From Macrostomum hystrix (lineage: Eukaryota; Animalia; Platyhelminthes): a stretch of 64,000 bases of DNA. The stretch is from assembly GCA_950097015.1 (NCBI GenBank), contig CATNEN010000001.1, positions 23,560,001 to 23,624,000 of the forward strand, in the 5' to 3' direction. Under the pieces are notes generated by a model that worked only from the letters and a program-made list of their open reading frames with translations, did no database searches and was not told the origin of the DNA. The position numbers were made by a program, and so were the translations under genes. Within the stretch, counting starts at the first letter, position 1, and every line of letters begins with the position of its first letter. This document shows positions 1 to 13,621 of the stretch, piece by piece.

Positions 1-63
1 TGAGAGGTTTGCGAACACACACAAAGAGAGACTAGAAGAGAGCGTTTTAACCAGCTTCGAAGG

Positions 64-1938
64 ATGTCCTTCGGCCTGGTAGCTGATTATCTCGGCTGGA
101 AGCCATCCGCAGGTGTGTACGGTCGCCAGTTCTGCGACCCGGTGGTGCAGGAGCTCGTTGACAAACGTCGACTTCAAGGCGCTCGTTTGAAGCGTCATTC
201 GCTAGAATTTGTCAACAAGAAGAAGCTGAAGATAGCCGAGCTGCCCGCCGACCCAAGGCTGCACAAACCGTTGAGGTATCCTTCGATACCCATTACCGAC
301 ATCACCTACGTGCAGCAGGAAGACGGTCGTACGGATCCTTTGGTGTTCTGCCTCATCCTATTAGGTAAGGGTTGTGTTCTGCTTGTCGCTTGGGAATTTT
401 TTTCATCGCTAAACTTTGGCTAATACGAGAGTAACTATAAATGATAGCTCGAAGATAGAATTGCTTCTATATTCGTGAGATACGTATGCCGTAGAAGGTC
501 TAATACTCGTCACAGAAAGACACGGAACGACAGTACTTTCAGAATTTCTCGTACTCTGCGTAATTATTGGAGCCATGCATGCATTATAAAAAAAGGACCA
601 CGAGAAATTTAAGGTGAGTTGATAATTAGTCAGAGAATTGAGAGCTCATAGAATATTTATGACCCAAGAATGGACTAATTTCTTGCAACAAAGTCAGATT
701 GTAGCAAGAATAAGCGTAAATGACCTCATGAACTTGAATTTTTTGCTTTTTTCGAAGCCTTCTCCGCGAGCATAACTTTGTACGTAATATGATTCGCTTA
801 CAAATCTAATTTCAAAAGCCTTCTTTAAAATAAAATCTATATGCTTCGAAAATTACTCTCTAATTTCTTAAAATACGCTCGTAACTCCATTTTGGCAAAG
901 CGGAACACCAAATGGAAGCCTAGAGTAGATAATGCCCAGTTTGATGTGATCCGATGTCAGGCCTGGAGGCGAATCGCAGGTCCTTGCGCATGCTTGCAGC
1001 ATTTCGATGCTTTTATTTCATGCCTAGAATAAGTAGGTCAAAAAAAGTGTGGCATCTCATTCGCAACCAACAGGCTACAACGAAGAATCTAGCCATTCAG
1101 TCCACGTACACGCCTGGCGGGGCCGCTCCCTTGAAGCCGTGTCCGAGTTTGTGGCCCGCCTCAACAAGTGTCTGACCACTCGGGACCACCTGCAGCTTGT
1201 GCGGCAGCGCGAGAGCGAGCTTCTGGTTACCAGAGAGGTGCAGCCAAGCGGACTGTTTGCCACGGAGCCGCCACGTCGAATGCAGCTAACCGGCGTCAGC
1301 AGTGCAGCTGGTGGACCAGGAGCTGCCGGAATGGCGGCCGCAGCTGCTCGACTGCCTGCTGAATTACAGTCAGTAACGGAAGAGCTCAAGCGGAAGCTTC
1401 GCGACTTCGGTGACAACGGCAGCAGTGGCGGGCTCGGTGGCGCATCAAAAGACGCACCACCTCTGTTGCACCCACCGAGAGACTACGACACGGCTTCGCG
1501 AAGCCACGGCAACGCCATGATGGCCAGAATCGAACCACCACTTCGTGCCGGTTCCCGAGCACCGACTGGGGCTGTCATCCGACGCACGCCGCCCCCGCAA
1601 CCGCAGCTGTCGCCAGCATCGGCACATCAATATCAGGCGCAGCGAGAGCCGTCTGGCGCTAATTTCGACGACAGAAATGACAGCGACAGCAGCGAGTGCG
1701 ACTGCGAAGATGTCGAACGCGCCGTCGCGGCTGCGGACGCAAGCAACGGTGCGGAGGCGTGGGCCGACCCTGGCCGGGGTTTCTCTACTTGGCGTAGGCG
1801 GCGCATGCAGCAGCGTAGGCAGCGGATTGCGGCCGTGTCTGGCCAGTCGGCCAGCGGTGCAAGCATTGTCGGCTGGGATGGCTTCGAGCCGCCACCGCCG
1901 TTGCCACCACCGCCAGCATCCAGAGAGCAATGGCGACA

Positions 1939-1971
<33 letters not shown>

Positions 1972-2029
1972 AAACAGACAGAAAGGATCGAACAGCGATA
2001 GGCAGCAGTATCAACTCGGGTGGCAATAG
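64..2029 (+). CDS. Two-exon gene, PTB/PID-like domain followed by low-complexity Pro/Ser/Gln tail; join(64..364,1074..2029)
   Basis: GT donor at 365 and AG acceptor ending 1073 join in phase 1 (G+GC) to give ...VFCLILLG-YNEESSHSVHVHAWRGRSLEAVSEFVARL. The pattern YLG...CDPVVQELV...I.DITYVQQ...VFCLI...VHAWR resembles a PTB fold. Domain call is by eye. Confidence 0.6.
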
Positions 2030-2910
2030 CTGCATCTTTGATTATCATTTCATTAATCCCACTTGTAAATTCAGCTTTAAACCTCGTGTCTCGCTTCCAA
2101 ATCACCTGTCAATTTAGTTTTTATTCTAGCTTGATTTGCTGAGACTCGAAATAGACGTCGGTTGACGAAATAAAAACTTCAGGCCTTGGGCTGTAATTTT
2201 TGGCCTGCAAGAAAAAAGTAGTCATGTATTGATTGGCTTGCACTTGTTGGTAGATAAAGTATAGGATCTTTCTTTCACCTGACCATAATATAGCTCTAAT
2301 ATCTGCAGGGAGGCTGTGGGCAATGACACATCGTATGGTGACAGAAGACCCGCCGCCAGCGAGGAGGCAACCGTACTCGAAACCGTTCTCGATACGGAAA
2401 CCGTAGAGTAGAACAATTCACTCATACTCATCGGTTCCGCAGATGCCACGCCCATGCTTACCTACTCTATCTACCTATATCAATAAGGGTGTGGTCACGG
2501 GCGCACATTCGAGATCAGTACATTCGTAATCATTACCCTCCGATTTAAACACAGTAATAAGTTTTGGCCAAATCTCGGATTCCTTCTGTTGCTATGCAAG
2601 TCATCCCTTCACTATGTTGTCTGAAGTGTAATACCTAGAGAGAAAAACTAGTCTAAAATATTTATTCTCGTTATATTCTTTGTTCTCTAAAGGAAAGCGA
2701 ACGAATATTTTGTACAACATCTCAAACTCTGTTGCTGGAGGACAGATGCTGGTAGAGAAACCAAATCCTGTTAAAATAGTTGTATATTGAGTAATAAGGA
2801 GATTCACGAGATTGCGCTGCAGTTTGAAACTGAAGATGGTGCTGGCGTTGATTTCAACGGTGAGGAGTCTGTATTGACGTTCATCATTGAGAGAATGTAG
2901 GAGAAAAAAA

Positions 2911-3468
2911 CTACGAGGGTTGTCCGGCCAAAAATAGGACTGCTTTAATAACCCACTGCTTCGACTGAACCTTGGTCTCTGGGGTCACATAGTGCAGCCA
3001 TGTCTCATCAGCAGTGATGACTCGATCAAGGAAGCCGGGATTGCTGCGCATCAGGCGATAGAAGTTCTTGGCGCAGCGAACTCGCTCAGCTCGGTTCTCA
3101 TCAGTCAGAAGGTGCGGCACCCATCTTGCTGACACATGCTTGAGCTGCAGATCCTTGGTCAGAATCTCGTCAACAGTTGTCTTCGATATGCCAGTCAAGT
3201 CGGACAGTTCCCTGACAGTGAGACGCCTGTCGTCGCTGATCAGCTCCTCAACCATCGCCACATTCGCTGGCGTCCTAACAGTTGGATCACGATGGTGACC
3301 TCTGCCATCAGAGCCATCGTGACCTTCACGAAGCTGTTCAAATATGTAATACACTTGGCTCCGCGACAAGGCTTCGCTGCCGTAGATGGCCTGCAGGTGC
3401 TGCATGCACTACTTGGCCGATCTCCCGGCCTTGAAGCAGTCAACAACGATTTCGCGCTGTTTAACCAT
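2911..3468 (-). pseudogene. Truncated mariner transposase (HTH-HTH, WVPHLL linker, first catalytic Asp only)
   Basis: ATG at 3468 (MVKQREIV...), in-frame TAG at 3409..3411. Motifs RRLTVREL, WVPHLL, ITADETW and QSKQWV are present, then the frame runs straight into the TIR, so the rest of the DD34D domain is missing. Confidence 0.9.
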
Positions 3469-3687
3469 CGTAAGTGGTAAGATAAGTGCTAGGAAATGTC
3501 GTAGGGGTATGCGATAGGCAAAAGCTTGCCTTAAGCAGTGTCAAGAAACCATAAATGCGCTGCTGTAGCTTTTTGAGGAGTTATGTCCATAGACATTGAA
3601 AAATATTATTATCGATTTTCAGATTCATATCTCACATAGCTGAAGTAATATTTGAGCAGTCCTATTTTTGGCCGGACAACCCTCGTA
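2912..3687 (-). mobile_element. Mariner/Tc1-superfamily DNA transposon, internally deleted and non-autonomous
   Basis: Perfect 31-bp TIRs CGAGGGTTGTCCGGCCAAAAATAGGACTGCT (2914..2944 and 3655..3685), each flanked by a TA target duplication; contains a transposase remnant. Confidence 0.95.
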
Positions 3688-6600
3688 CAATCGTTTTATT
3701 CTACCATAAACCCAATCTGAAGCAGTTTGTTCTACCATTAACCCAATCTGAAGCTAATGACTTCAGCAAAGTTATAGAGGTGTCAATAGTCCTTTATAAC
3801 TACTCCATACTTGTGATACCAGTGTCTTTGGAGGAGCTAGATTAATATTGCGGACATCTATTGTGTGGTCGGGCCAATATTTCTTCATGTACTCACTGAA
3901 TTCTAGTTTGTATCGGTACTTACTCTTGAAATGGGCCCGTGCGCTTTGTAATAAGATCCTGGAGAGACGATTGGAAACATTTTTATTGAGAATTTTTTCG
4001 GAGGATGAGCACCCTAGTTAGAAGGGTTAAAGTTGTTGAGTTGTGAATATGGTTGTTAGTTTTATGGATTTGGAATCAGAGAAGAAAGAAGACTGCTTTC
4101 GTCTGGGGGAATAAAAATATTAATTTGTGGATTGTAATTGTAATCGTAATTTTGTCCTAGAATCCCTTCTTTCCATACTACTGGGCATTTAATATTCACA
4201 GTTTTTCTGCTGGTTCCAGCTGTCAAACATTGTCATCTTCAAAGAAGAGGCCCTGGCTAACCTATTACAGAGCAGCGAGTGTGCACGTTTTCTGTCTGGC
4301 TGACTGACTGCTAAGCTCCAGGCGGGACTGGAGTTCTTTTAGGAGTGTAGGAGGATATATAAACCTTACCTTTTCAATATTGTTTTCTCGTCAGCACTGA
4401 GAAATTATTAATTTTTAGTTACTCGAATTTGGTATGCGGAGCTATTTCAAACTTAAATTAGCATACTTAATTTTTAGTTGAAGAAAAACAATAAACTGTA
4501 GGGAGGTAAAGAATATTTACAAAGTGTGATGTGGAGTGTGCTGCGGGAATCGAGTGGGAGTGTGAGCCAGCATAATTTTTCAAATTTTTAAGTGCCTAAT
4601 AATTGCGACCCACGTAGCAGCTGGCCGCAAACACGATCATTAATCTTAGGGCCGGGTTTTGGGCGGCGGTGAATTAAGTAGCCGTCGAATCCCTTCTCCC
4701 TGGATCTGTCTAGACCCCTGTAGGAATGACTGATCGCGGCCATAGCTTCTATTGTATGAGTAGTTTAGGTCATAATTCTCCTCCAAACCGCGATCAGATA
4801 TAGGGGATCACTCGGGCGTTATGAGTGATCATTAATTCTTCATGTCCCCACTTCTTTACAGTATTCGAGCTCAGCTCGACTTTATGACCTCCCTCCTTTA
4901 GATACATGTAAATGTCACTGTAGGCAGGTCGGCGCCTGCGCTTCCCATTGTCCCGGCGGAGTAACAATCGCTGGCTGACTGCCGACGGCTGTTCGAGCAG
5001 AACATCTGTCGTTTCTCGCCGCCGGTTCATTGGGCAATTGGGGCGGCAATCGCCGCTTCAATTCCTCGTTGACAGGCTGGCGCGAATGTGGTTTGCTTTG
5101 ATGGATGTCGGGGTTGGCGTGCTGCAGGACTATTTAAGTAAGTGCGCTGCGCTGCTCCCTCTAGGACCTTTTCTCCCGCCGGCTCTTCCCCTTCTCCCCT
5201 GCCGGACTTGCCTTTGCCGGGCCGGACTCCCACCGGACCCAGAGCACCTTTCCGGACCCACGTAGGGCATAGACCCCTGAGCCTTGAGCTCCGAGCAGAT
5301 AGTGCAGGCCAATTGCCTGTTTCCATTCCCTAAGCGCAAGCCACCTCTTTAGGTGAGCCCTAAATTGAGCCTTTGAGTTCCCAGTGCGTGGGCCCCTGGC
5401 AACCCGCAGAAGTTTCCTTTCTCTGTCTTACTGCTTTGCCCATCCTTTCTCCCCGAGAACAACGGGACTGCAGCACGCGGCCAAACGAGATCCAGCTAAG
5501 TAATCCGCGCAGCGGCTTGTTATTGTTAATCCTAAGGGACAATTTTACTTTTAGTTAGGCGGCACTTAGTGGGAGGGGAGTTAGGGAAGTTTTCAGCCTA
5601 ATAAAACCACTTAATCTAAAGCACCTTTAACTTATTGGGCTAATTTTTAACATCAACCTAATTTTTACTATGTCTCTTTTTCACCTTTATTTTATCATTA
5701 GACAGCCCTCGATCATGAGTGGCTAACTCATTAGGGGGTGGGCTCTGGTGATGCCGAGCTGAAAGCTGCGGCAGGAAGACAACTGTGGGCGCGCATGAGA
5801 GTAATAAGGAGCTAGGGGTTTGTGAGTAAAATGCGGAGTGTAACATGTGTTTCTCTGCTAGGGGTGGGGAATTCCTTGGCGGGTTTTTCCTCTCTTCCTG
5901 GCGGATCAAGGAGTACGTGTCAAACTCCCCTGCCAATTGAGTTTCCCTTCTGTTCCCCGCCTTTCGCAACTGCCGCCACGGAAGCGAGGGCGATGATCAA
6001 TTAATCTTTCGCTTGCATAATCACTCAGCCAGTGTTCTGCCTAATCTCTCCTGCCTCTGATTTCCTCATTTCACACAGACTCGGATTGCTAGTTATCTAA
6101 TGTGTAGGCTGCAGTCTAATGTACCGAATGTGTCTGATGTTTCATGAGTAGGATTCCGGCTATGGATTTTCATTCGAGTTCTGAGTACCACCTTTCTAGA
6201 CCACTGTAGCGCAAATTCAGGAATCCCCTGGTGAGGCGTGTCTCGATCCATTCTGGGGTCTTCACCCTAGTCTAAAACGGAAGTTACAGAAGGCTCTATT
6301 TTTTCGGCTTGTCTGAGATCTGTGTGACAAACTAGGAGCTGCGAGCTCCGGGGACCCAAGTTCCCAAATGTCTGCGGTGGCAACGTAGGCGCATTGGGTG
6401 GTGGCGCTACCCTAGATCTTTTTCCGCTTTGCCGATAGCCTTTCCGCATTTCTAAGACAAGAGCCTAGGCCGAGTCGACCACTGCTACCAAGGTTAGGGG
6501 TCAGTTACGAACATGCTACTGATGACAGTAGGCTACATAGCCCTGTCCTACCCGCTTGCGGGTAGTCCGACATCTATTTAGACTTTTAGCCGGTTTCGAG

Positions 6601-9577
6601 CACTGCTTGGGGTAGGCACGGCAGTCATGCCTGTGGCCTATGGGTTGAGTGGGACTGGCCAGCCTGAGGCCGAGAGGACCACTCCCTGCATCCACTGTCT
6701 CTCCCTTCATCTCTCCCTTCATCCCTCTTTCCGCGGCAACTCGCGAGACTTTGCGGTACGACTTCTGACTCTATCGCCATCCCCACACTCCTTTCCTTCA
6801 CGAGGACAGATCATCGGATTGCAAACCCGCAGCTATTTCAAGTGCACGTTCACAAAAAATTGCGAAAAAAAGAAAAATATCTCAACAGAAGGACAAATGG
6901 CTGTATGAGACGAAATACTTCTAAAAACGGCAAATTTAGCTAATTAATGGGATAATGTGGTTAACGTTGGATAATATTTAGGCAATGATGAGTGGTTAAT
7001 GTACTCAATAAAAAAATAATATGCCAAGTATTTGCCAAGTATGAGGATACTGAATAGAAAATTGTCCACCAAAATATTTTGTGTTTTCGACTATCATGGG
7101 TTTAAGATTACAATTAGTCGTCTGAAGGCTCGCGTATATTACCGAGCAAGCTGAATAATGTTTTTATGGGGGGAGAATGTAGAAAAAAGCTTTAAAAATT
7201 TCAGTCAAATGGCCCCATCGGAGGGGGGCACAAGTTGCTAGTCAACTATACTAGAATGTAACATATTTATCAATAGATATATTGTTGCCTCGACGTCCTT
7301 AAGGCGATTGTGTGAACCGATTTTCGTGATACTCGTACTTTTGTAGTTGTAAACTAAAGGGAAAATATTTTTGCTTTGGCAGTTATACGCTTGTGCAATT
7401 AATAGAATTTCTAACGTTGGGATCTATTGGGGCCTAGAAGTAAATCTGAGCTGAGACTTTTAGAACCCTTTTGGTGCCGATTTGATTTAGTTCTTTCTTT
7501 CTTGGCTGCTCGTGGCAGATTAAAGAAGTCTCAGAGACAATTAACCCTTTGAACAAGCCGGAAGCAACCGGATTATTGTGAATGTGTGTGTATTGCGTAC
7601 TGCTTTTCAAGATAAAGCAATTTACTCCATACTTGGTCAGTTACTTGTACGTTCAAAGCTGAAAGTCTCCGCTTCTAAACTCTTCCAGTTCCAAGAATGT
7701 CCGACAACGCTGATGCAACTGTACAGTGGCTGACAAAGTACCATCTGGAGTACGGTTCAGAGGCTACAGAACTACCACTCGGTCTCAGTCCACAGGAACT
7801 GCTGAGGCTCACGTGGACCCGCAGGTTTAAAGAAAGCCAAGATTTCATTCGCTCATGTTCACAGGAGTTAAGGAAGGAGGACCTTGGATTAGATTTGGAG
7901 GCTCGCATAGCAGCTAAGGTTGCCGCAGGGCATCCAGATGGTCAAGCCACACTTCAGCTTCTAGTCTAAACTTTTCGTGCAAGCTGTCTGCTAGATGCTG
8001 ACGAAGATGGTGTCACTCCTATGCATCTCTCCGCCAGGCTTCATTCCAAAGCGCAGTTCGACAGAAATCTAAACCATTTTCTATTTAAGATTGAAACTCT
8101 AGCAAAAAAGGATTTTAATAATTTCTCTACTGCGCATTGGGCAGCGAGCAACCCAGATCATGGTGGAGAGATTCTACTGTCAGTAGTTGGAGCTAAACCG
8201 CGGTGCTTGGATTGGGAAAGCGTGTCTGGCGCCACGGTGCTGGAGGTTGCTACCGAAGCTATCAGCACAGATAGTCTGATGCCGTTCATAATGGGCCAGA
8301 CAAGGGATGGTAAAGGTAACACTGTTCTGCACCACGCTGCCAGGAGTGAGACTGCACCAATTCTATACGCTGCCATTGAGAAATTTAAATACAGAGGTAT
8401 CAGTCCTGATCAGTTGCTAAGCTGGACTAACAAGAGAGCACAAACGGTGTTGCATTAGCAGCAAGGCATTGTAATACTGCAACTATCGATGATATTTTGC
8501 AGATAGCAGGTTCTCAAAATGCGGTATGGTGCGATGACGAAGGCAACAGTGTTTTTCACTACCTGGCGATGAGTGAAACTGGGCACTGCAGCATTTTACA
8601 AGGCTATTTCGAAACCCATGGAAAGTTTTGGTCAACTCAGAAGAATCTTAAAAAAGAGACAGTTTTGCACGGCATGGCAACAAAGGAGGACTTAGCGAAA
8701 GAATTCCTGGCAGATGCGTCCAAGTTTGGCATGCCAGAGTTTCTGTTTCTCCAAAATGCTAGCAAGCAAACCGTTTTGCACATTGCCGGCCAGATTTCAT
8801 GATGCGCGAAATGCCGCGCTACTAAAGAAAATGCTTAAACATTTTTCGACTGTTCTAGACGACGAAAAGGAAAGCATAATAACTTTCAAGCCAGTTCAAG
8901 CCAATGCCGATGCAAAAGCTGGTGCAATTCATTCAGCGTTTCACACATTCCGCATTGACTGCCTGAATTGGGAGAACAGCGACGGCATATCGATTCTACA
9001 GGTTTCCATTCGTGTCTGTCAACCTGCAATCGCGAAGATACTATTGAAAAAAGCCATTGACGCGAAAGCCAGCTGCATCAATCACAAAGACTCACAAAGA
9101 CTCTAGGGGAAATACCTGGGCGCACATAGCTGCCGACAGGTGTAGCGACATTCAAAGCGACTGTTTTTCTGTCGTAATGGAAAACCCGAAAGTGTTCGAG
9201 CTGCATAACAACGAGGGTCAATCAGTTCTACACTTTGCCGTAAAGAATCCAATGGTCGTTAAAGAAGTCAGTAAGTACCAAATGTTTTTGCGCCTTTTGA
9301 CGAGTTCGAATGATCTGCACGCAGTTCACATTCTTTTTCGCGAACCACAACCTGTATTATCTCATGGAAACACTAAGTAATTTCTTACAAGTGCCCACCC
9401 GAGAGCTGCTGCATACCGGGGGGCTGCCTCCCCAATAGTCTGCAACGGAATCATCCTTCGTTCTGCATGAACTCGAGCGCTGCTATGGCGATGGTTGATT
9501 GGAGGCAAGGCCTTACGAATGAGCAGCTTGTAATAGCTGAAACCAGATTAGTCAGATGATTGTGCAGCAGCAGCAGC

Positions 9578-9971
9578 CGATCCGCCCATCGGCCGCACCA
9601 TCACCTCGGATGTCTACAGAGGCCTCAACCGGGAGCGGGACCGCGCCGAAATCACCAGTCGGCAGGATGCTGTGCTGCTTGCCCAGCTGCGCTCCGGCCA
9701 TTGCAGCAGGTTGCACGCTTATGGCTGCATAGTCAACCCGTTGGCGGACCCGACCTGCCCGCATTGCCAGGACGAGCCGCAGGACTTGCAGCACTGGCTG
9801 CGCTGTCCGGCTCTTCGCCCGGCTCGCACAGACATTTTCGACGGAGAAGACAACATTCCTTTGGAGACCCTGACCGTCGCCCCGGCGAGGTCGTTGGCGC
9901 TGGCGAGGAGGAGCCTCTTCGGCGCCCGTGCCCACCAACAACAACAACAACAGCAGCAGCAGCAGCAGCAG
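9578..9971 (+). mobile_element. 5'-truncated non-LTR retrotransposon (LINE) 3' end with CCHC zinc knuckle and (CAA)n tail
   Basis: LAQLRSGHC...CPHCQDEPQDLQHWLRCPAL is the typical ORF2 C-terminal motif of I/Jockey-like LINEs. (CAA)5 tail at 9936..9950; (CAG)n tracts on both sides. Confidence 0.8.
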
Positions 9972-11812
9972 TAATTTACGCTCCTTTATTTTGCAACTAT
10001 TACTGAGAGTAATATTTACGAGTATTCTGAAGTAGTGTGTGTTAGCATTTGGTATAAATTCATTGGTATCGTCAAGATATTCAACGATTCTCGTTGGGGT
10101 GTCAGATGGCAAAAATCTATCTGGGCATAATTATTTTTCTCACGAAATTTCACCACTAAACCATATCGCCATTATTGTTGAGTACTGATGCTGAAGTTGG
10201 ACTGCTTTGAAAGTTGGTTCGTCGTAAAGGGTGGAAAATTTAGATTCAGATGGTGGAAGTTCACGAAAATCGGTCATTCGGTTTGGGAGCTGTCGTGAAG
10301 TTGGCAAAGGGTATTTGAAAAGCCCCCATTGTCTTTGAGGCAGCGTTTTCAGAGCTTCACTTAGTCATTTGTGACACAACAGTCCTTCCCAGGGGGAATA
10401 GGGTGGTGTTTCTACTGTTAGAGTTGCAAAGGTTTGAGTTGTTTTCGACCTGAGAACTGTAGCCAGACAGCCTCTTATCTGATTGTACTTCTGCCCTGGC
10501 TCATATAAGTATTGCTCAGACTGCTAGGACGACTGAGGAGTAGAACTGACCGATGATAACCCATACGACACGCGGGTGAGGCATTACTTAAAAGGGCCAG
10601 ACTATATTGAATGGCGGAGTTCTCAGCTAATATAGAGTTTGCAATGCGAATTTTTCTCATAACACTAAGCCGCCACACGCAAAGTTACGAGGGATTTGAA
10701 TGGCCACACTTTTGTAAAACTTGCACACACAAACAGTCGAATAGAGAAAGGTGGTTAGACGAGGTGAATAATGTTGATAGCGCCAGAGAAGTCTTGGAAC
10801 TGGGTCGCAGTTTGTAAGCAGCAATCTAAATTAACTTAAGCCCCAAGCCGCCTGAGGCGATAGGTGGACAGTGCAGCTCTCTGGCTAAGTTACCTGGCTC
10901 CAATGCAAGCATTTTATCGGCCGGGCAGCAACCCTGTGTTTACCTGGACTGCCTCTATTTATTATTCATTATTGTATAAACAGCTTGCAGCGTGGAACCG
11001 TCTGCTAAACTGCGCGATAGCAGAACTGCGAGCCAGGCGACACAGATTGCTGTCAGCAAACACACAGGAAAGTTGCCCACCGCTTTCAGGGCACTACATA
11101 GCTAGTGAGCTCATTCATATACTCATTCGGAACTGCATCACAGCACTGGAAATGTCACCAAAGGATTCCACAGACATCCAGGTCAGAACAATCCTGCAAT
11201 TGAACAATGCAGTTGAGAGTCATAATTTCGGTTTAAAAAATGTAAATAACACACTTTCAGAGACTCGCCCACCTGGTCAGCCAAGGTGATTTCGGCCAGT
11301 TGCGGCTGTTTGCAACGCGCCAGCTAGTCACAGAGACTGGTGAGGATGGTCGTACTGCCCTCCTGCTGGTGGCTGACATTCCTGAAACTTCAGTGACGAC
11401 TGAGAAGTGCATTTTGTACCTCTTCGAGCTTGGTGCTAATCCGTCAGCTGCTGACGTGGTTGGTGATACGGTTGCTCACGTGGCAGCCAGGAGGGACAAC
11501 CTGCGGGTGCTGTCGCTGCTGCCGTTTGATTCAAAGTGGCTGCGAAACTCTCGGGGCGCCACCCCGCTGATGGAGGCCGCTCGCACAGGGAGCTGGAGGT
11601 GCTCCAAGCACCTGCTGCACCTGCTGAGGCAGTGGCGCTACATTGAAAAGACAGACAAAGACAAAGAAAACGAAGCGTTCTTGGTTGGAACACACAAAAA
11701 GCCCAGAGACAACAAGAGAAAATTTCTGCTGGGGCTGAAAGATCAGGATGGCCGGGCGGCTGTTGACATCGCGAAGCACTGCGGCCACGAGGAACTGTCG
11801 AACTACATCGAG

Positions 11813-12160
11813 TGGTATGTCTCTAGATCAGTGGTATGTCTCTAGATCAGTGGTATATCTCTAGATCAGTGGTATGTCTCTAGACCAGTGGTATGTTTCT
11901 AGATCAGTAGTTTGTCTCTAGACCAGTGGTATGTCTCTAGATCAGTGGTATGTTTCTAGATCAGTGGTATGTTTCTAGATCAGTGGTATGTCTCTAGATC
12001 AGTGGTATGTTTCTAAATCAGGGTATGTTTCTAGATCAGTGGTATGTCTCTAGATCAGTGGTATGTCTCTAGAACAGTGTATGTTTCTAGATCAATGGAA
12101 TGTTTCTAGACCTGTGTATGTCTCTAGATCAGTGGTGTGTCTCTAGATCAGTGGTATGGT
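11813..12160 (+). repeat. 19-bp minisatellite (GTGGTATGTCTCTAGATCA) starting at an exon donor site
   Basis: About 18 tandem copies; the first overlaps GAGTG|GTATGT at the end of the ankyrin exon. Confidence 0.9.
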
Positions 12161-13159
12161 TCTATGGTATGGTATGTATAACGAAGTATTTCTAAACATC
12201 AATCTGTTGTCAAGGTGAATATTGTTCTTAATTTGCAGGGAGACACAACTGGTAATAACTGTCAGCGGCCTAATCACAGGTGTATCTTCAAAGGTGAGCA
12301 AGTTGCACCTATTCAAGTAGAACAATGATCTTCGGAGTTAACAGGATGCCATCATTTGATTACCACAAATTTTGACCGCTAAAAATTCACCCATGCAATT
12401 TGAGTTAAGCTCAGATTGTATTATTGTTATTGTTGGCATATTGCACAGAGATAACAAGGGTGTTCATTACGATATGAGGGTGTTAAATATGATGTGAGGG
12501 TGTAAGATATAATGAAAGGATGTTATAAGGGATCAAGTGACAAAAGCAGTTCGATTGCGGCAGCAGATGTCGCAGGTCCCGATTCTGCATCTCGTAGGGT
12601 TCAATACCAGTTCAGAATGCGAGCATCAGTGATTCTCGCCACGTCCGTAGGAGGCGGCAGCCCGCGATGAACTGCAGCGTCTGGTGGAGGCGGGCAGCGC
12701 CACAAGGCTGCGGCGAGCGGTCACCCGGACCAGTTGCGACATCCCAGATAAGTGGGGACGCACCGCGGTGATGCTAGCAGCTGGCAGCAGCAGGTGCAGC
12801 GATGCAGCTCTGTGGCAGCAGCTTGAGAGGCTGAGTGACCCGACCTGCGCCTATGTGGGAGCGGACAGCAGCCTTCACTATGCGGCCAGGAGTGGCAATG
12901 CGGCAGCAGCCTCGGCACTGCTGAATGCCGGAGCGCCAGCCAATGCCAGGGACCACTCCTCGAACACGCCACTCATGCTGGCAGCGAGGTACGCGCCCAC
13001 TGACGCCGCTGCCGCCGCAGTTGGTCGGGCTCTGCTGGCCGCAAGTGCCGATTGGACAATAAAGGACCCGCAGGGCAGGACTGCGCTGGATTTGGCCACT
13101 GAGAAGGGCAAAATGGAATTGGCCGAAGTATTGGGCAAGTGAGTTAATAAGAAAAAAAA

Positions 13160-13525
13160 ATAACAATAATAATAATAATAACTGCCGGCGGGCTGCGAGC
13201 AATGGCACACCATTTGGTGACACTAGACCCGCAGCCAGCGAGGAGGCAATTCTGCCCATTTCGTTGACTCCTGAGCACATACGCACACATACTGTACGCA
13301 GGCATAGGCTCACACAGCTGTGTATATCTGTCCCGACTTTCTCATCGTCAGGCAGTGTACACTTCACTGTCCCTTGGAGGTTGGCCCTCAAGGGGGTGAA
13401 TTGCACGACAAGACTTCTCTCCGCGGCTGCGCACCAAATAAATGTGGCCTCGCCGCGGAATCGAACTTTTGTCGGACATTGGTGCGAGAAGCAAATGCGA
13501 TATACTGCTCTGCCACCGACTGCAG
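13160..13525 (-). mobile_element. tRNA-derived SINE family A, near full-length copy
   Basis: Minus strand reads an A-box-like TGGCAGAGCAG, a B-box-like GTTCGATTCC, a conserved body and an (ATT)n tail. Homologous copies at 16863, 19920, 29278 and 59030. Confidence 0.8.
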
Positions 13526-13621
13526 GTGAGCTGGTTTGCACCTTCAGAAGAGCTGGCGTGACTGCATTGCCAACCCGGCAATCGTATAGCTCGACTCTCA
13601 TCGCTTTGCATCATCAAAAGT

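Larger units (their letters stand above)
7697..13142 (+). pseudogene. Large multi-exon ankyrin-repeat gene, disrupted by frameshifts, stops and a LINE insertion
   Basis: Ankyrin motifs (DGVTPMHL, GNTVLHHAA, GNSVFHYLA, GNTWAHIAA, GRTALLLVA, GATPLMEAA, SSLHYAA, NTPLMLAA) lie in shifting frames. Visible lesions: 1-bp loss near 8455, 1-bp gain near 8788, 10-bp duplication TCACAAAGAC near 9082-9101. Later exons at about 11260-11815 and 12651-13142 are open. Single-base indels could be sequencing errors, and this span could be two genes. Confidence 0.6.

Noticed and set aside
2460-6900. Possible highly decayed LTR-retroelement gag/pol on the minus strand around the mariner (VPLFSG-, WELK-like fragments)
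   Set aside because: Only short ambiguous motifs among many stops; no LTRs, PBS or YxDD found. A translated search is needed.
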